A stretch of 64,000 bases of DNA from assembly GCA_947625855.1 (NCBI GenBank), contig CANQPW010000001.1:10969-74968 (forward strand), given 5' to 3'. This document shows positions 20,086 through 30,060 of the stretch, in pieces. The notes under the pieces are model-generated. The model saw only the letters and a list, made by a program, of their open reading frames with translations. It was not told the origin of the DNA and made no database searches. The DNA is from an uncultured Clostridia bacterium. GTDB lineage: Bacteria; Bacillota; Clostridia; TANB77; CAG-465. A program made the translations under genes and the position numbers. The stretch's first letter is position 1; the number at the start of each line of letters is the position of its first letter.

Positions 20086-20616
20086 TCAGAATATCATCTG
20101 TACTACAAAGTGACCATATTCTTCTGCATACTCAGGCTTTACCCCAACTCTTATTCCGACAACGGGGTTATCTGCCTGTTTTAAATTTCTTGCAATCCAC
20201 ATAAACACTTGCCATTTTCTTAGTGGCTTTTTGTTGTACGTGGTAATTGCAGACCTTTCCACGATGGGACTTGCATCCATTACTTCCATCATGGAAAGCG
20301 AAATGTCAAACTTCGTCTTTGCACGAGCAAATTTGAAGTTAAATAGTTCTTTAAACTTCTCAACAAGCTCCTTTCTCCCGTTTACAAGGGATATGTTCAC
20401 TATTTTCTGATCCTGAAAAGGAATCAGATGGAAAAGTGATCTTTCCCCTGCTTCCGAGAGTTTTCCGGACCACAGAAGAGATCTTGTTATCTCTCTAAAG
20501 TTCTCCTCTGTTTTTTCCCGGCCGTCTCTCTCATCAGCCTTGTTCATATCCGGAAAATACTGCTCTGCCTCCGGATTTTGATTCTTTAAGTAATCACTAC
20601 TAAAATTGCACAACAT
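20086..20616 (-). CDS. ORFan protein (176 aa), GC-enriched (~41%)
   Basis: Complete ORF with RBS AAAGGAGAAAAAGAG and its own terminator. Composition differs from the flanks. No family recognised. Confidence 0.55.
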   Translation of the reverse strand: MLCNFSSDYLKNQNPEAEQYFPDMNKADERDGREKTEENFREITRSLLWSGKLSEAGERSLFHLIPFQDQKIVNISLVNGRKELVEKFKELFNFKFARAKTKFDISLSMMEVMDASPIVERSAITTYNKKPLRKWQVFMWIARNLKQADNPVVGIRVGVKPEYAEEYGHFVVQMIF

Positions 20617-20842
20617 CTCTTTTTCTCCTTTTCTTTTTTATATTTGGCATAAATATTTATCACGCCATCCTTTAACTACACAATAAAATTATAACATTTT
20701 TTTGTAATTTTGTCAATATTATGTAAATAGTGTATCTTTCCATCATTTATTTTATAGTATTTATTCATCTTTAAAAATCAAATGAATAAAAGTTAGAACA
20801 AAAACATATAGTGTAATGTAACTTGTACAAAGGAGTGATTTT

Positions 20843-23497
20843 ATGTGGCATACATTATCAAGTGATGAAGTTAGTAAAAAACTAGAAACAAACACAGAAA
20901 AAGGACTAACACAAAAAGAAGCCCAAAAAAGGCAAAAAACATATGGTTTTAATAAAATAGAAGATACGAAAAAGAAAAGCATAATATCAAAATTTATAGA
21001 ACAGTTTAAAGATTTTATGATTATAATACTATTAATTGCAGCACTAATATCAATGATTATGTCTTACCTTGAAGGCACACATGATTATATGGATTCACTT
21101 ATTATAATTGCAATAGTATTTTTTAATGCAATTATGGGATTAATTCAAGAAAGTAAAGCAGAAAAATCAATAGAGGAATTAAAAAAGCTATCCTCTCCTA
21201 TGGCAAAGGTAAAAAGAGATGGAAAGATACAAATTATTGAAAGTGAACTAGTTGTACCAGGAGATATAGTAATACTTGAAGCTGGTAACTTTGTTCCAGC
21301 AGATTGTAGACTTACTTTATCATATAATTTTCAAGTTGAAGAATCTTCTCTTACTGGTGAAACAGTACCAGTTACCAAAAATGCAAATTTAATACTTGCA
21401 AATAATGTTTCTCTTGGCGATACATTAAATATGGCATTTTCAACAACTATTATCACAAATGGGCATGCAGAAGCAATAGTTACTGATACTGGTATGAATA
21501 CTAAAGTTGGAAAAATAGCAAATATGATTATACAAGATGAGTCTCCTCAAACGCCATTACAAAAAAAACTTGCAGATGTCGGAAAAAAGCTTGGTACTCT
21601 TTGTATATTTATTTGTATTGCAATATTTATAATAGGTGTATTTAAAAATATATCAATTGCTGATATGTTTATGACATCAATAGGTCTTGCAGTTGCAGCA
21701 ATTCCTGAGGGACTACCTGCAATCGTTACAATTATGCTATCAATAGGAGTAACAAAAATGGCAAAGAAAAATGCTATTATAAGGAAACTACCGGCAGTTG
21801 AAACACTTGGTAGTAGCTCTGTAATATGCTCGGATAAAACAGGTACACTAACACAAAATAAAATGACAGTAACAAAAATATACAATGCCTTAGGTGAGCT
21901 TAGTGATACTACCTCTACTTTAGATTATGATTTTATACTAGAACTTGGAGCCTTATGTAATGATAGTATTATTGGAAAGAAAAATAAAATTGAAGGAGAT
22001 CCAACTGAAAATGCCATTGTTGAAATAGCTTTAAAAAATGGAAAAAATAAATTAAAAATTCAAAAAATTATGGAAAGAGTAAATGAAATACCATTTGACT
22101 CAGAAAGAAAAATGATGACTACAATTCATAAAATAAAAAATGGTTATAGGATTATAGTAAAAGGAGCACCAGATATAATATTAAAAAAATGTACTAGTTA
22201 TTACTCTAATTCAAATATATGCTCTCTTACATCAGATAAGATTAAAGAAATAACAAAAATGAATGAAAAAATGGCAGAAAGTGCACTACGAGTAATTGCA
22301 ATATCATATAAAGATATATCTTCTCTACCATCAAAAATCGAATCATCTACAATAGAAAAAGATTTATGCTTTGCTGGTATGTTTGGTATGATTGATCCAC
22401 CACGAAAAGGAGTTAAGGAAGCTGTATTTACTTGCAAAAAAGCAGGTATAAAAACTGTTATGATAACAGGTGACCATATACTAACGGCAAAAGAAGTGGC
22501 AAAATCACTTGGAATATATAATGATGGCGATATAGCAATAACCGGAAATATGTTAGATACAATACCAGAAAAAGAATTTGAAAAAAATATAATGAAATAT
22601 TCTGTATTTGCAAGAGTATCTCCTGAGCATAAAGTAAAAATTGTAAAAGCATTTAGGAAAAGTGGAAATGTTGTAGCAATGACAGGAGATGGCGTAAATG
22701 ATGCACCAGCACTAAAATCAGCAGATATAGGTGTAGCTATGGGTATGAATGGAACAGATGTTGCAAAAAATGCCTCAGATATGATTCTTACAGATGATAA
22801 TTTTGTAACTATTGTAGAGGCGGTAAAAGAAGGAAGACATATATATGATAATATAAAAAAAGCAGTTCACTTTCTAATCTCTACAAATATTGGTGAAATT
22901 GTTGCTATATTTTTTGGATTACTTCTTGGATTTGATTCTCCACTACTTGCAATTCACCTGCTTTGGATAAACCTTGTTACTGACTCACTACCAGCACTTG
23001 GATTAGGACTTGAACCACCAGACAAATACATTATGAATAAAAAGCCCAAAAACCCTAAAAAAAGTATTTTTTCAGATGGACTTTTTACTCAAATATTTAT
23101 TGAAGGTGTAATAATTGGTATATTAACTCTACTTTCATTTTCAATAGGTCTTGGATATGATATTAAAGTTGCAAGAACAATGGCATTTATAACCCTTGGT
23201 CTATCAGAGCTTGTGCATAGCTTAAATATAAGAAGTGATAGTTCAATATTTGATGTAGGATTTTTTAAAAATAAATATATACTACTTGCCTTTCTTGTTG
23301 GATTTATATTACAAGTAGGTGTTGTTTTAATACCACCACTTGCAGATATGTTTGATGCTGTAAGGCTTACACAAAGGCAATGGATAACTACACTTTTAAT
23401 ATCCTCTCTTCCATTAGTTATAATTGAAGTAAAGAAAAAAATAAGCGAAAAAATACATGGAAAAACATTATATAACTTGTATAAGGTAAAAACATAG
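20843..23497 (+). CDS. Calcium-translocating P-type ATPase (P2A/SERCA-PMCA type)
   Basis: 884 aa. Phosphorylation motif CSDKTGTLT, TGDN-like hinge, GDGVNDAPAL, ten predicted TM segments. Confidence 0.85.
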   Translation: MWHTLSSDEVSKKLETNTEKGLTQKEAQKRQKTYGFNKIEDTKKKSIISKFIEQFKDFMIIILLIAALISMIMSYLEGTHDYMDSLIIIAIVFFNAIMGLIQESKAEKSIEELKKLSSPMAKVKRDGKIQIIESELVVPGDIVILEAGNFVPADCRLTLSYNFQVEESSLTGETVPVTKNANLILANNVSLGDTLNMAFSTTIITNGHAEAIVTDTGMNTKVGKIANMIIQDESPQTPLQKKLADVGKKLGTLCIFICIAIFIIGVFKNISIADMFMTSIGLAVAAIPEGLPAIVTIMLSIGVTKMAKKNAIIRKLPAVETLGSSSVICSDKTGTLTQNKMTVTKIYNALGELSDTTSTLDYDFILELGALCNDSIIGKKNKIEGDPTENAIVEIALKNGKNKLKIQKIMERVNEIPFDSERKMMTTIHKIKNGYRIIVKGAPDIILKKCTSYYSNSNICSLTSDKIKEITKMNEKMAESALRVIAISYKDISSLPSKIESSTIEKDLCFAGMFGMIDPPRKGVKEAVFTCKKAGIKTVMITGDHILTAKEVAKSLGIYNDGDIAITGNMLDTIPEKEFEKNIMKYSVFARVSPEHKVKIVKAFRKSGNVVAMTGDGVNDAPALKSADIGVAMGMNGTDVAKNASDMILTDDNFVTIVEAVKEGRHIYDNIKKAVHFLISTNIGEIVAIFFGLLLGFDSPLLAIHLLWINLVTDSLPALGLGLEPPDKYIMNKKPKNPKKSIFSDGLFTQIFIEGVIIGILTLLSFSIGLGYDIKVARTMAFITLGLSELVHSLNIRSDSSIFDVGFFKNKYILLAFLVGFILQVGVVLIPPLADMFDAVRLTQRQWITTLLISSLPLVIIEVKKKISEKIHGKTLYNLYKVKT

Positions 23498-23530
23498 AGC
23501 CTTGAATTTTAATTCAAGACTCTTTTTTAT
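23496..23530. terminator. Terminator between the convergent ATPase gene and ORF 23530
   Basis: Stem agagccttgaa / ttcaagactct followed by tttttat. Confidence 0.5.
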
Positions 23531-23928
23531 TATGCCACATTATCTTTATATGCCACAAAATAATCTACAACATTAATATCATCTGCTGTTTCCGGATAAA
23601 CTTTATAGCGTTTTACTTTCATATTCACTTTTCTTTTTACATTATTTTTATTAATTTTATAAAACATAGGATGCATCATATCATTAGAGAGTAGTATTTT
23701 TATTCCAATAACGTTATATCCACTCTTAATGTACTTTGCAATCTCTTCTTTTTTTACAAGTAAAGATTCTGAGCAATGGATTCTTGCTATATCTTCTCTT
23801 ACCTGCAAGACTACTTTTTGTGGATATTCATCTTGCGTTAGCTTTTGGTTGATTGCCTTAGGGTCTTTAAACATAAAATATCTACCCATAAGCGAGTATC
23901 CATAATCGTTAATCTCTCTACCTAACAT
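23530..23928 (-). CDS. Hypothetical protein (132 aa)
   Basis: ORF with an upstream GGAGG-like sequence; no family recognised. Confidence 0.4.
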   Translation of the reverse strand: MLGREINDYGYSLMGRYFMFKDPKAINQKLTQDEYPQKVVLQVREDIARIHCSESLLVKKEEIAKYIKSGYNVIGIKILLSNDMMHPMFYKINKNNVKRKVNMKVKRYKVYPETADDINVVDYFVAYKDNVA

Positions 23929-24097
23929 GGTACATTCCTCCTTATTTTATTTTTTACTGCACTAAAAAATCATTTATGCTACTTAAAAATATCCATTAGA
24001 TATTTTACCACATCTATTAAAAAAATGCAACTTTAAATGTTTCATTAACATATTTTTATGTTTTCCAAAATATAATGTTATATCGGAGGAATATATT

Positions 24098-24895
24098 ATG
24101 TTTATAGCAATTAATAGCAAAAAATTATTACTTATTATTTCATTTGTTATCATCTCTTTTATTACACTATTTTATATTGCAAATGTAAATAGTATCTCTT
24201 CTATGGCATCTACTACTGATAGTTGGGGATTAAGTTATCCAGACAAAGGAAAAGCACCTGTTGGAAATAAATCACAAGAGTTTTTAAATCAATATAACGC
24301 CTTTTATATAGGTCAAGAAACAGAAAAGAAAGTTTATCTTACTTTTGATGCAGGATATGAAGCAGGATATACAGAAGATATATTAGAGACTTTAAAAAAA
24401 CAAAATGTAAAGGCATGTTTTTTTGTTGTTGGCACATATATAAGAGATAATAAAGAAATTGTAAAAAAAATGGTTGAAGATGGTCATATAGTTGGAAATC
24501 ACACACAAAGTCATCCAAACATGTCCAAAATGTCAACTATTGAAGATTTTAAATCTGAAATAGAACCAGTAGAACAAAAATTTGAAGAACTTACAGGCAA
24601 ACAAATGCAAAAATATTATAGACCACCTCAAGGTATATTTAGTGAAAAAAACTTAGAAATGGCAAATAGCCTTGGGTATAAAACAATATTTTGGAGTATT
24701 GCATATGTAGATTGGTATAAAGATAATCAACCAACAAAAGATAAAGCTTTTTCTACTATAATACCTAGACTTCATAATGGAGCAATAATTCTTCTTCATA
24801 GTACATCAAAAACTAATAAAGAAATTCTTGATGAATTAATTACAAAAATTAAGGATTTAGGATATACATTTGGTAGCTTAGATGAACTAAAATAA
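24098..24895 (+). CDS. pdaA: Polysaccharide deacetylase, delta-lactam-biosynthetic de-N-acetylase-like
   Basis: NodB domain motifs (LTFDAGYE, HSxxH = GNHTQSHPNM) with N-terminal signal/TM. RBS GGAGG. Confidence 0.7.
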   Translation: MFIAINSKKLLLIISFVIISFITLFYIANVNSISSMASTTDSWGLSYPDKGKAPVGNKSQEFLNQYNAFYIGQETEKKVYLTFDAGYEAGYTEDILETLKKQNVKACFFVVGTYIRDNKEIVKKMVEDGHIVGNHTQSHPNMSKMSTIEDFKSEIEPVEQKFEELTGKQMQKYYRPPQGIFSEKNLEMANSLGYKTIFWSIAYVDWYKDNQPTKDKAFSTIIPRLHNGAIILLHSTSKTNKEILDELITKIKDLGYTFGSLDELK

Positions 24896-24912
24896 GGCTT
24901 TGGTGGTAAATT

Positions 24913-26415
24913 TTGAGAAAGGCACAGATATTTATTAAAAATTTTTTAATACTTACTACTACATCTCTTTTACTTAATATAGTTGGTCTTTTATTTAATA
25001 CCTATATAACAAATCTTGTAGGAACAGAGTGTCTTGGTATCTTTCAGCTTATAATGTCAGTTTATACATTTGCAATAACTCTTGCAAGCTCTGGCATAGG
25101 GCTTGCTGCAACACGTATAGTATCAGAAGAACTTGCACTAAATAATATAACAAACGCAAAGAAAGCGGCAAAAAAATGTGTTGCTTTAAGCTTCATAGCA
25201 GGTATATTATCTTGCGTTATAATAATTTTTTTGTCCAAAACGATTGCAACAGTTTGGTTACATGGAAAAATTAGTTATATTGCTGTATGTTTTCTTGGTG
25301 CAAGTCTTCCATTTGTTGCACTTTCCTCCTCTATAATAGGTTATTTCAATGCCATAAGGAAAGTGTCAAAAAATGCCATATCACAAATAATTGAACAACT
25401 TGCAAAAATTGTAATTTCAACTTTCTTAATAAGTCGTTTTATGAAAAAAGGTATTTATTATGCCTGTATATGTTTAGTAATTGGTGTATGTGCAAGTGAA
25501 GTATTTTCTTTTACCTATTCTTTCATTTCTTATTTAAAAGAGATGAAAAAATTAAAGAATACACAAGATGAAGATACAAATATTACAAAAAGAATTTTAA
25601 ACATTGCTGTACCTATTGCACTTACCTCATATATACGTTCTGGCCTTTCTACACTAAAACAGATTTTAATACCTTTAAGACTAGAAAAATCTGGAGTATC
25701 TTGTGATATTGCTGTATCTGAATATGGAATGATAAATGGTGTTGCACTTCCATTAATATTTTTTCCAAGTGTGTTTATAAACTCTTTTAGTAGTTTACTT
25801 ATTCCAGAATTTTCAAGATATTATGCAACTAAAGATATGGAAAAGATAAAAATAATAATATCTAAAATATTTAAAACTACTGCAATCTTTTCAATATGTA
25901 TAACTTTTATATTTTTTATGTTTTCAAATGATATATGTATTCTTATGTATAAAAATGTAAAAATTGCAAATTATGTAAAGATGCTATCTCCCCTTTTATA
26001 CATAATGTATCTTGATACAATAGTAGATAGCATATTAAAGGGATTAAATGAACAATTAAGTGTTATGAAATGTAATATTTTAGATTTATTTGTAAGTATT
26101 ACATTTATATATTTTTTACTACCTATTTTTGGTTCATATGGTTATATTATAGTAATATATATTAGTGAAATTTTAAATGGTGTTATAAGTGTTAGGAAAT
26201 TACTTAAATTAACCTATGTAAAGTTTAATTTTAAACTCTGGATACTATTTCCAGTATTTTCTGCCCTTCTTACATTTCAAACAATAAATTTACTAAATAT
26301 TTTTTTAATAAATGAATTATTTACAATAATTTTTAATATAATTATATTTATTTTAGTTTATCTATTTTACCTTTATTTAATGTCTTGTATTTCAAAAAAA
26401 GACATTAAAATATAA
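24913..26415 (+). CDS. spoVB: Stage V sporulation protein B (MOP/MurJ-like flippase family)
   Basis: 500 aa polytopic membrane protein with SpoVB-like N-terminus. Probable TTG start at 24913. Confidence 0.7.
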   Translation: MRKAQIFIKNFLILTTTSLLLNIVGLLFNTYITNLVGTECLGIFQLIMSVYTFAITLASSGIGLAATRIVSEELALNNITNAKKAAKKCVALSFIAGILSCVIIIFLSKTIATVWLHGKISYIAVCFLGASLPFVALSSSIIGYFNAIRKVSKNAISQIIEQLAKIVISTFLISRFMKKGIYYACICLVIGVCASEVFSFTYSFISYLKEMKKLKNTQDEDTNITKRILNIAVPIALTSYIRSGLSTLKQILIPLRLEKSGVSCDIAVSEYGMINGVALPLIFFPSVFINSFSSLLIPEFSRYYATKDMEKIKIIISKIFKTTAIFSICITFIFFMFSNDICILMYKNVKIANYVKMLSPLLYIMYLDTIVDSILKGLNEQLSVMKCNILDLFVSITFIYFLLPIFGSYGYIIVIYISEILNGVISVRKLLKLTYVKFNFKLWILFPVFSALLTFQTINLLNIFLINELFTIIFNIIIFILVYLFYLYLMSCISKKDIKI

Positions 26416-26449
26416 CTTATACATATATATAAATTAGGAGTGTGATTTT

Positions 26450-27700
26450 ATGAATCCTTTTTTAGAAAAGCCTAAAAAAGTTGAAGATACATTTATGAAT
26501 TTTAAAGAAATGTATCCTTGTGCATATAATAAATGTGATGTTGATCCATATACCAAAGCACGTATTATACTTATGAATGGTACAGAAACAGAAGCAATAT
26601 TTTTCTCACATAATTTTCAAAGACACTTTCAAGATAATGATTTAAGACGAGAACTTGCTTTAAGTAGACGTGTCAATCAACAAATGCAAAAACTACTTAT
26701 ATGCCTAAAGCCTATTGAAGAAAATATATTAGAACATACAATCTCATACGAGCAACTAGCAGTAGATTTAACTTCAAGACTTGCAAAATCAGAACCTGAT
26801 GTAAATGTTAGAAATGCTTTAAACTTTGCCTTACTTGAAGACTTTGACCATTTATACAGATACTCTGATTTACTTGAATTAGAATATGGTATTTTACCAG
26901 AAAAATTAGTTGGTGGATATACTGAAATAATGCCTGGTAGACCAACAATTGCACATCACAGATTTCCATTTGATACTGTAAATATTCCAATTACTAAAGA
27001 TGCTCCCCTTATAACAAAACTTCATACAATGATAATTACTGCAGCAGAGCAACAGACAATGAATTATTATATGAATGTTGGAAGTTTTTACACATCTGAA
27101 ATTGGTAGAAAACTATATCAAGAAATAGCTATGGTTGAAGAAGAACATGTAACTCAATATGGAAGCTTAATTGATCCAAATTCTACTTTCTTTGAAATGT
27201 TACTTATGCATGATTATACAGAGTGTTACTTATACTATTCTTGTTTTATGGATGAAAAAAATCCATATATTAAAACTATATGGGAATGTTTCTTTGAAAA
27301 AGCAGTATCAAAGCTACATAAATCAGTAGAACTTTTACAAAAATATGAAGGAAAAGATTATACACAAGTAATACCAAATGGTGAATTTCCAGAACTTCTT
27401 ACATTAGGTCCAAATATTGAATATGTAAGAGATGTACTTGCACAAACTGTAAATTATACTCAACTACTTGAAACATACATACCTGTTGAACAACTACAAA
27501 ATAATGCAAATTTTTGTATATATCAAAATATTGTAACAAATAACAATGACGTATGTATTGTACCAAGTCATGAAATTATTGAAAAATATATAAAAATAAA
27601 TGGTATGGATTATAGGTATGAGACTTGTATAAATCCAATTCCTGCTCTACAAAATAGATGTATGGATAACACTACTATTGGAAGATGCAAAAACTGTTAA
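26450..27700 (+). CDS. Hypothetical protein with ferritin-like diiron E..H motifs
   Basis: Two ExxH-type motifs (LEDFDHLY, EEEHVTQY) spaced as in ferritin-like/rubrerythrin folds; Cys-rich C-terminus. Family not recognised. Confidence 0.4.
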   Translation: MNPFLEKPKKVEDTFMNFKEMYPCAYNKCDVDPYTKARIILMNGTETEAIFFSHNFQRHFQDNDLRRELALSRRVNQQMQKLLICLKPIEENILEHTISYEQLAVDLTSRLAKSEPDVNVRNALNFALLEDFDHLYRYSDLLELEYGILPEKLVGGYTEIMPGRPTIAHHRFPFDTVNIPITKDAPLITKLHTMIITAAEQQTMNYYMNVGSFYTSEIGRKLYQEIAMVEEEHVTQYGSLIDPNSTFFEMLLMHDYTECYLYYSCFMDEKNPYIKTIWECFFEKAVSKLHKSVELLQKYEGKDYTQVIPNGEFPELLTLGPNIEYVRDVLAQTVNYTQLLETYIPVEQLQNNANFCIYQNIVTNNNDVCIVPSHEIIEKYIKINGMDYRYETCINPIPALQNRCMDNTTIGRCKNC

Positions 27701-27756
27701 AAAATACGGCACAGTAATAACTGTGTCGTATATATTTACTATAAAACAAAACTCTT

Positions 27757-28653
27757 CTATTTATAACAATTTAAAATAATATTTGCAAGACTCATAAAAT
27801 TATAATCTTCATTTGTATTTATAATTATAGTATCATTAAGAGACACATCTACATTTTCTTTTTCTATAAAATTATATTTTTCTTCTTTATTTATACTTTC
27901 TTTTATTACGTTTAACACATCATTTGACAAATCAGAATATATTATTATTACTTCTATACCTTTTTTTACTAATTTATCAATTAATTTAAAATTTAATTCC
28001 ACTTCTTTTTGGCATATTGCCTCGAAAATTTCATTTTCTTTTATTTTTGGTATTACATCATTAATATTTACTAAAATCCTCTTAAAATTCCTTTTTGCGT
28101 TTTTGTTATATACTTCTCTTGCAATAAAATCTCTATATGACAATACTATATCTTTTAACTTCAAGTTGTCAAATATTTTTTTAAACTCAAGTATTTTTTC
28201 TTTTAATATGCTATCTTCTATTTTATTAAAACTTTCTTTTGATACAGAAAACTCAACAAAACTACCTATATCTTTTATTTCATTAATCAAAATAGTATAT
28301 GAAAAATCCTCCTTTTCATACACATACTTTCTTACTGTTTTATCAAATGAGACATAACTGTAATATCCAAGACATAGAAGAAGTCTTTTTATATCTTCAT
28401 AACTTGATATATCAATAAAAGCATTACAAAAGTCTTTTTTACTACCATCATATTTGATACACATTTTATCATTACATTTATTAATATATAAATTAACGCC
28501 ATTTTTTATTAATTTATTTTCAAAATCTATAAAATATTCTTCCTTCTCATAAGATATATCACTAAGTTTCATATTAAGATTTAATATATCATATAATAAT
28601 TCATCACTATTTTTACAAAAATACCTATTATCTAATTTATAACTACTTATCAT
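27757..28653 (-). CDS. Hypothetical protein, possible CYTH-like N-terminal domain
   Basis: 298 aa. The end of the N-terminal domain (...INEIKDIGSFVEFSV) weakly resembles the CYTH/CyaB fold. Low confidence. Confidence 0.3.
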   Translation of the reverse strand: MISSYKLDNRYFCKNSDELLYDILNLNMKLSDISYEKEEYFIDFENKLIKNGVNLYINKCNDKMCIKYDGSKKDFCNAFIDISSYEDIKRLLLCLGYYSYVSFDKTVRKYVYEKEDFSYTILINEIKDIGSFVEFSVSKESFNKIEDSILKEKILEFKKIFDNLKLKDIVLSYRDFIAREVYNKNAKRNFKRILVNINDVIPKIKENEIFEAICQKEVELNFKLIDKLVKKGIEVIIIYSDLSNDVLNVIKESINKEEKYNFIEKENVDVSLNDTIIINTNEDYNFMSLANIILNCYK

Positions 28654-28788
28654 AATAATTCCCTCACAGTATTATTATATTTATTTTATTTAAAATATAC
28701 AATACTAAATTTTTAATTAAATATAATTTACGACTTTATTTTTAACGCAATACATATTATAATATATATATATTTTTAGGGGTGAAAA

Positions 28789-30060
28789 ATGAAATATAAA
28801 AATTTTATTTATATAATAACCATATTTTTATTTGTTTTAATTTTTTCTAATACAAATATATATGCTGATGGCTCCAGTGATTTAGTTTTAAATTGCAAAG
28901 CAAATGTTGCAATAAATGCAGATAATAATCAAATAATATTTGAAAGAAATGCTCAAGATAAAGTTTTTCCTGCAAGTACTACTAAAGTACTTACTGCACT
29001 TCTTACAATAGAAAAATTAAATCTAAATGATGAAATTACAATAACCAAAGAAATGGTAGACCAAATTCCATATGATAGTTCTGTTATGGGAATAAGACAA
29101 GATGAAGTATATACAGTAAAAGATCTACTTTATGGACTATTACTTGTATCTGGAAATGATGTTGCAATAGTCTTTGCTGATACAATAAGTGGAAGTATGG
29201 ATGCTTTTGCAAATATTATGAATGAAAAATTAGAAGAAATAGGATGCACTAATACACATTTTACAAATTCACATGGCTATCATGATGATAACCACTACAC
29301 TACTGCATATGATATGGCAATACTTCTTAGCTATTGCCTTAAAAACCCAACCTTTAAAAAAATAATCACAACTAAAGAAATATCTGTTGCACCTAAAAAC
29401 AACCCTGAAAGAGTATTTTTACTTGAAAACTCTAATTATTTGTTATACGAAGACTCTCCACTATATTGTAAAGATATAAAAGGGGGAAAAACAGGATTTA
29501 CTTATGAGGCTGAAGGTACTTTCTTAGGTTTTGCAAAAAGAGATGATATGACAATTATTATTGGTAGTTTTGGAGGCTCATTAGATGAAAATGGACTTAG
29601 TGCAAGATTTACTGATACATCTAAAATATCAAATTATATATTTGATAATTATGAAAAAACATTAATTGCCACAAAAGATAGTTTTAGTATAGAATTAAAA
29701 GATTTTAATACAGAAAAAATATACAACCTTGGACTAGCAGAAGATATGTACTGCATTGCTCCTAAAGACTATATTTTACAGTACGATATAGACTTAGATG
29801 AAACTACACCTCATCTTTATGATAATGCAAACATTGGAAGTATAAACTTCTCATTTCAAAATTCAAATATTACATATTCTAAAAATTTAGTTGTAAAATC
29901 TACCACTAATTACTATTCTACAAATAGTGCTGCATTATATATATCACTACTTATAGTAATATTATTAATAGTATTAAAAGTAAAACAAGTATTATTTAGT
30001 AAGAAAAAAAGTATATTTTACAAAAAAAGACATAGAAAATATTTACCAAAAGGCTCCTAA
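28789..30060 (+). CDS. D-alanyl-D-alanine carboxypeptidase (PBP5/DacF-like)
   Basis: Signal peptide, SxxK (ASTTK), SGN (VSGND), KTG (GGKTGFT) motifs and a C-terminal membrane anchor. Confidence 0.85.
   Translation: MKYKNFIYIITIFLFVLIFSNTNIYADGSSDLVLNCKANVAINADNNQIIFERNAQDKVFPASTTKVLTALLTIEKLNLNDEITITKEMVDQIPYDSSVMGIRQDEVYTVKDLLYGLLLVSGNDVAIVFADTISGSMDAFANIMNEKLEEIGCTNTHFTNSHGYHDDNHYTTAYDMAILLSYCLKNPTFKKIITTKEISVAPKNNPERVFLLENSNYLLYEDSPLYCKDIKGGKTGFTYEAEGTFLGFAKRDDMTIIIGSFGGSLDENGLSARFTDTSKISNYIFDNYEKTLIATKDSFSIELKDFNTEKIYNLGLAEDMYCIAPKDYILQYDIDLDETTPHLYDNANIGSINFSFQNSNITYSKNLVVKSTTNYYSTNSAALYISLLIVILLIVLKVKQVLFSKKKSIFYKKRHRKYLPKGS

Noticed and set aside
20761-20982. 73-aa minus-strand ORF overlapping the start of the Ca-ATPase gene
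   Set aside because: It overlaps the ATPase 5' end and its palindromic leader, and the translation is low-complexity.
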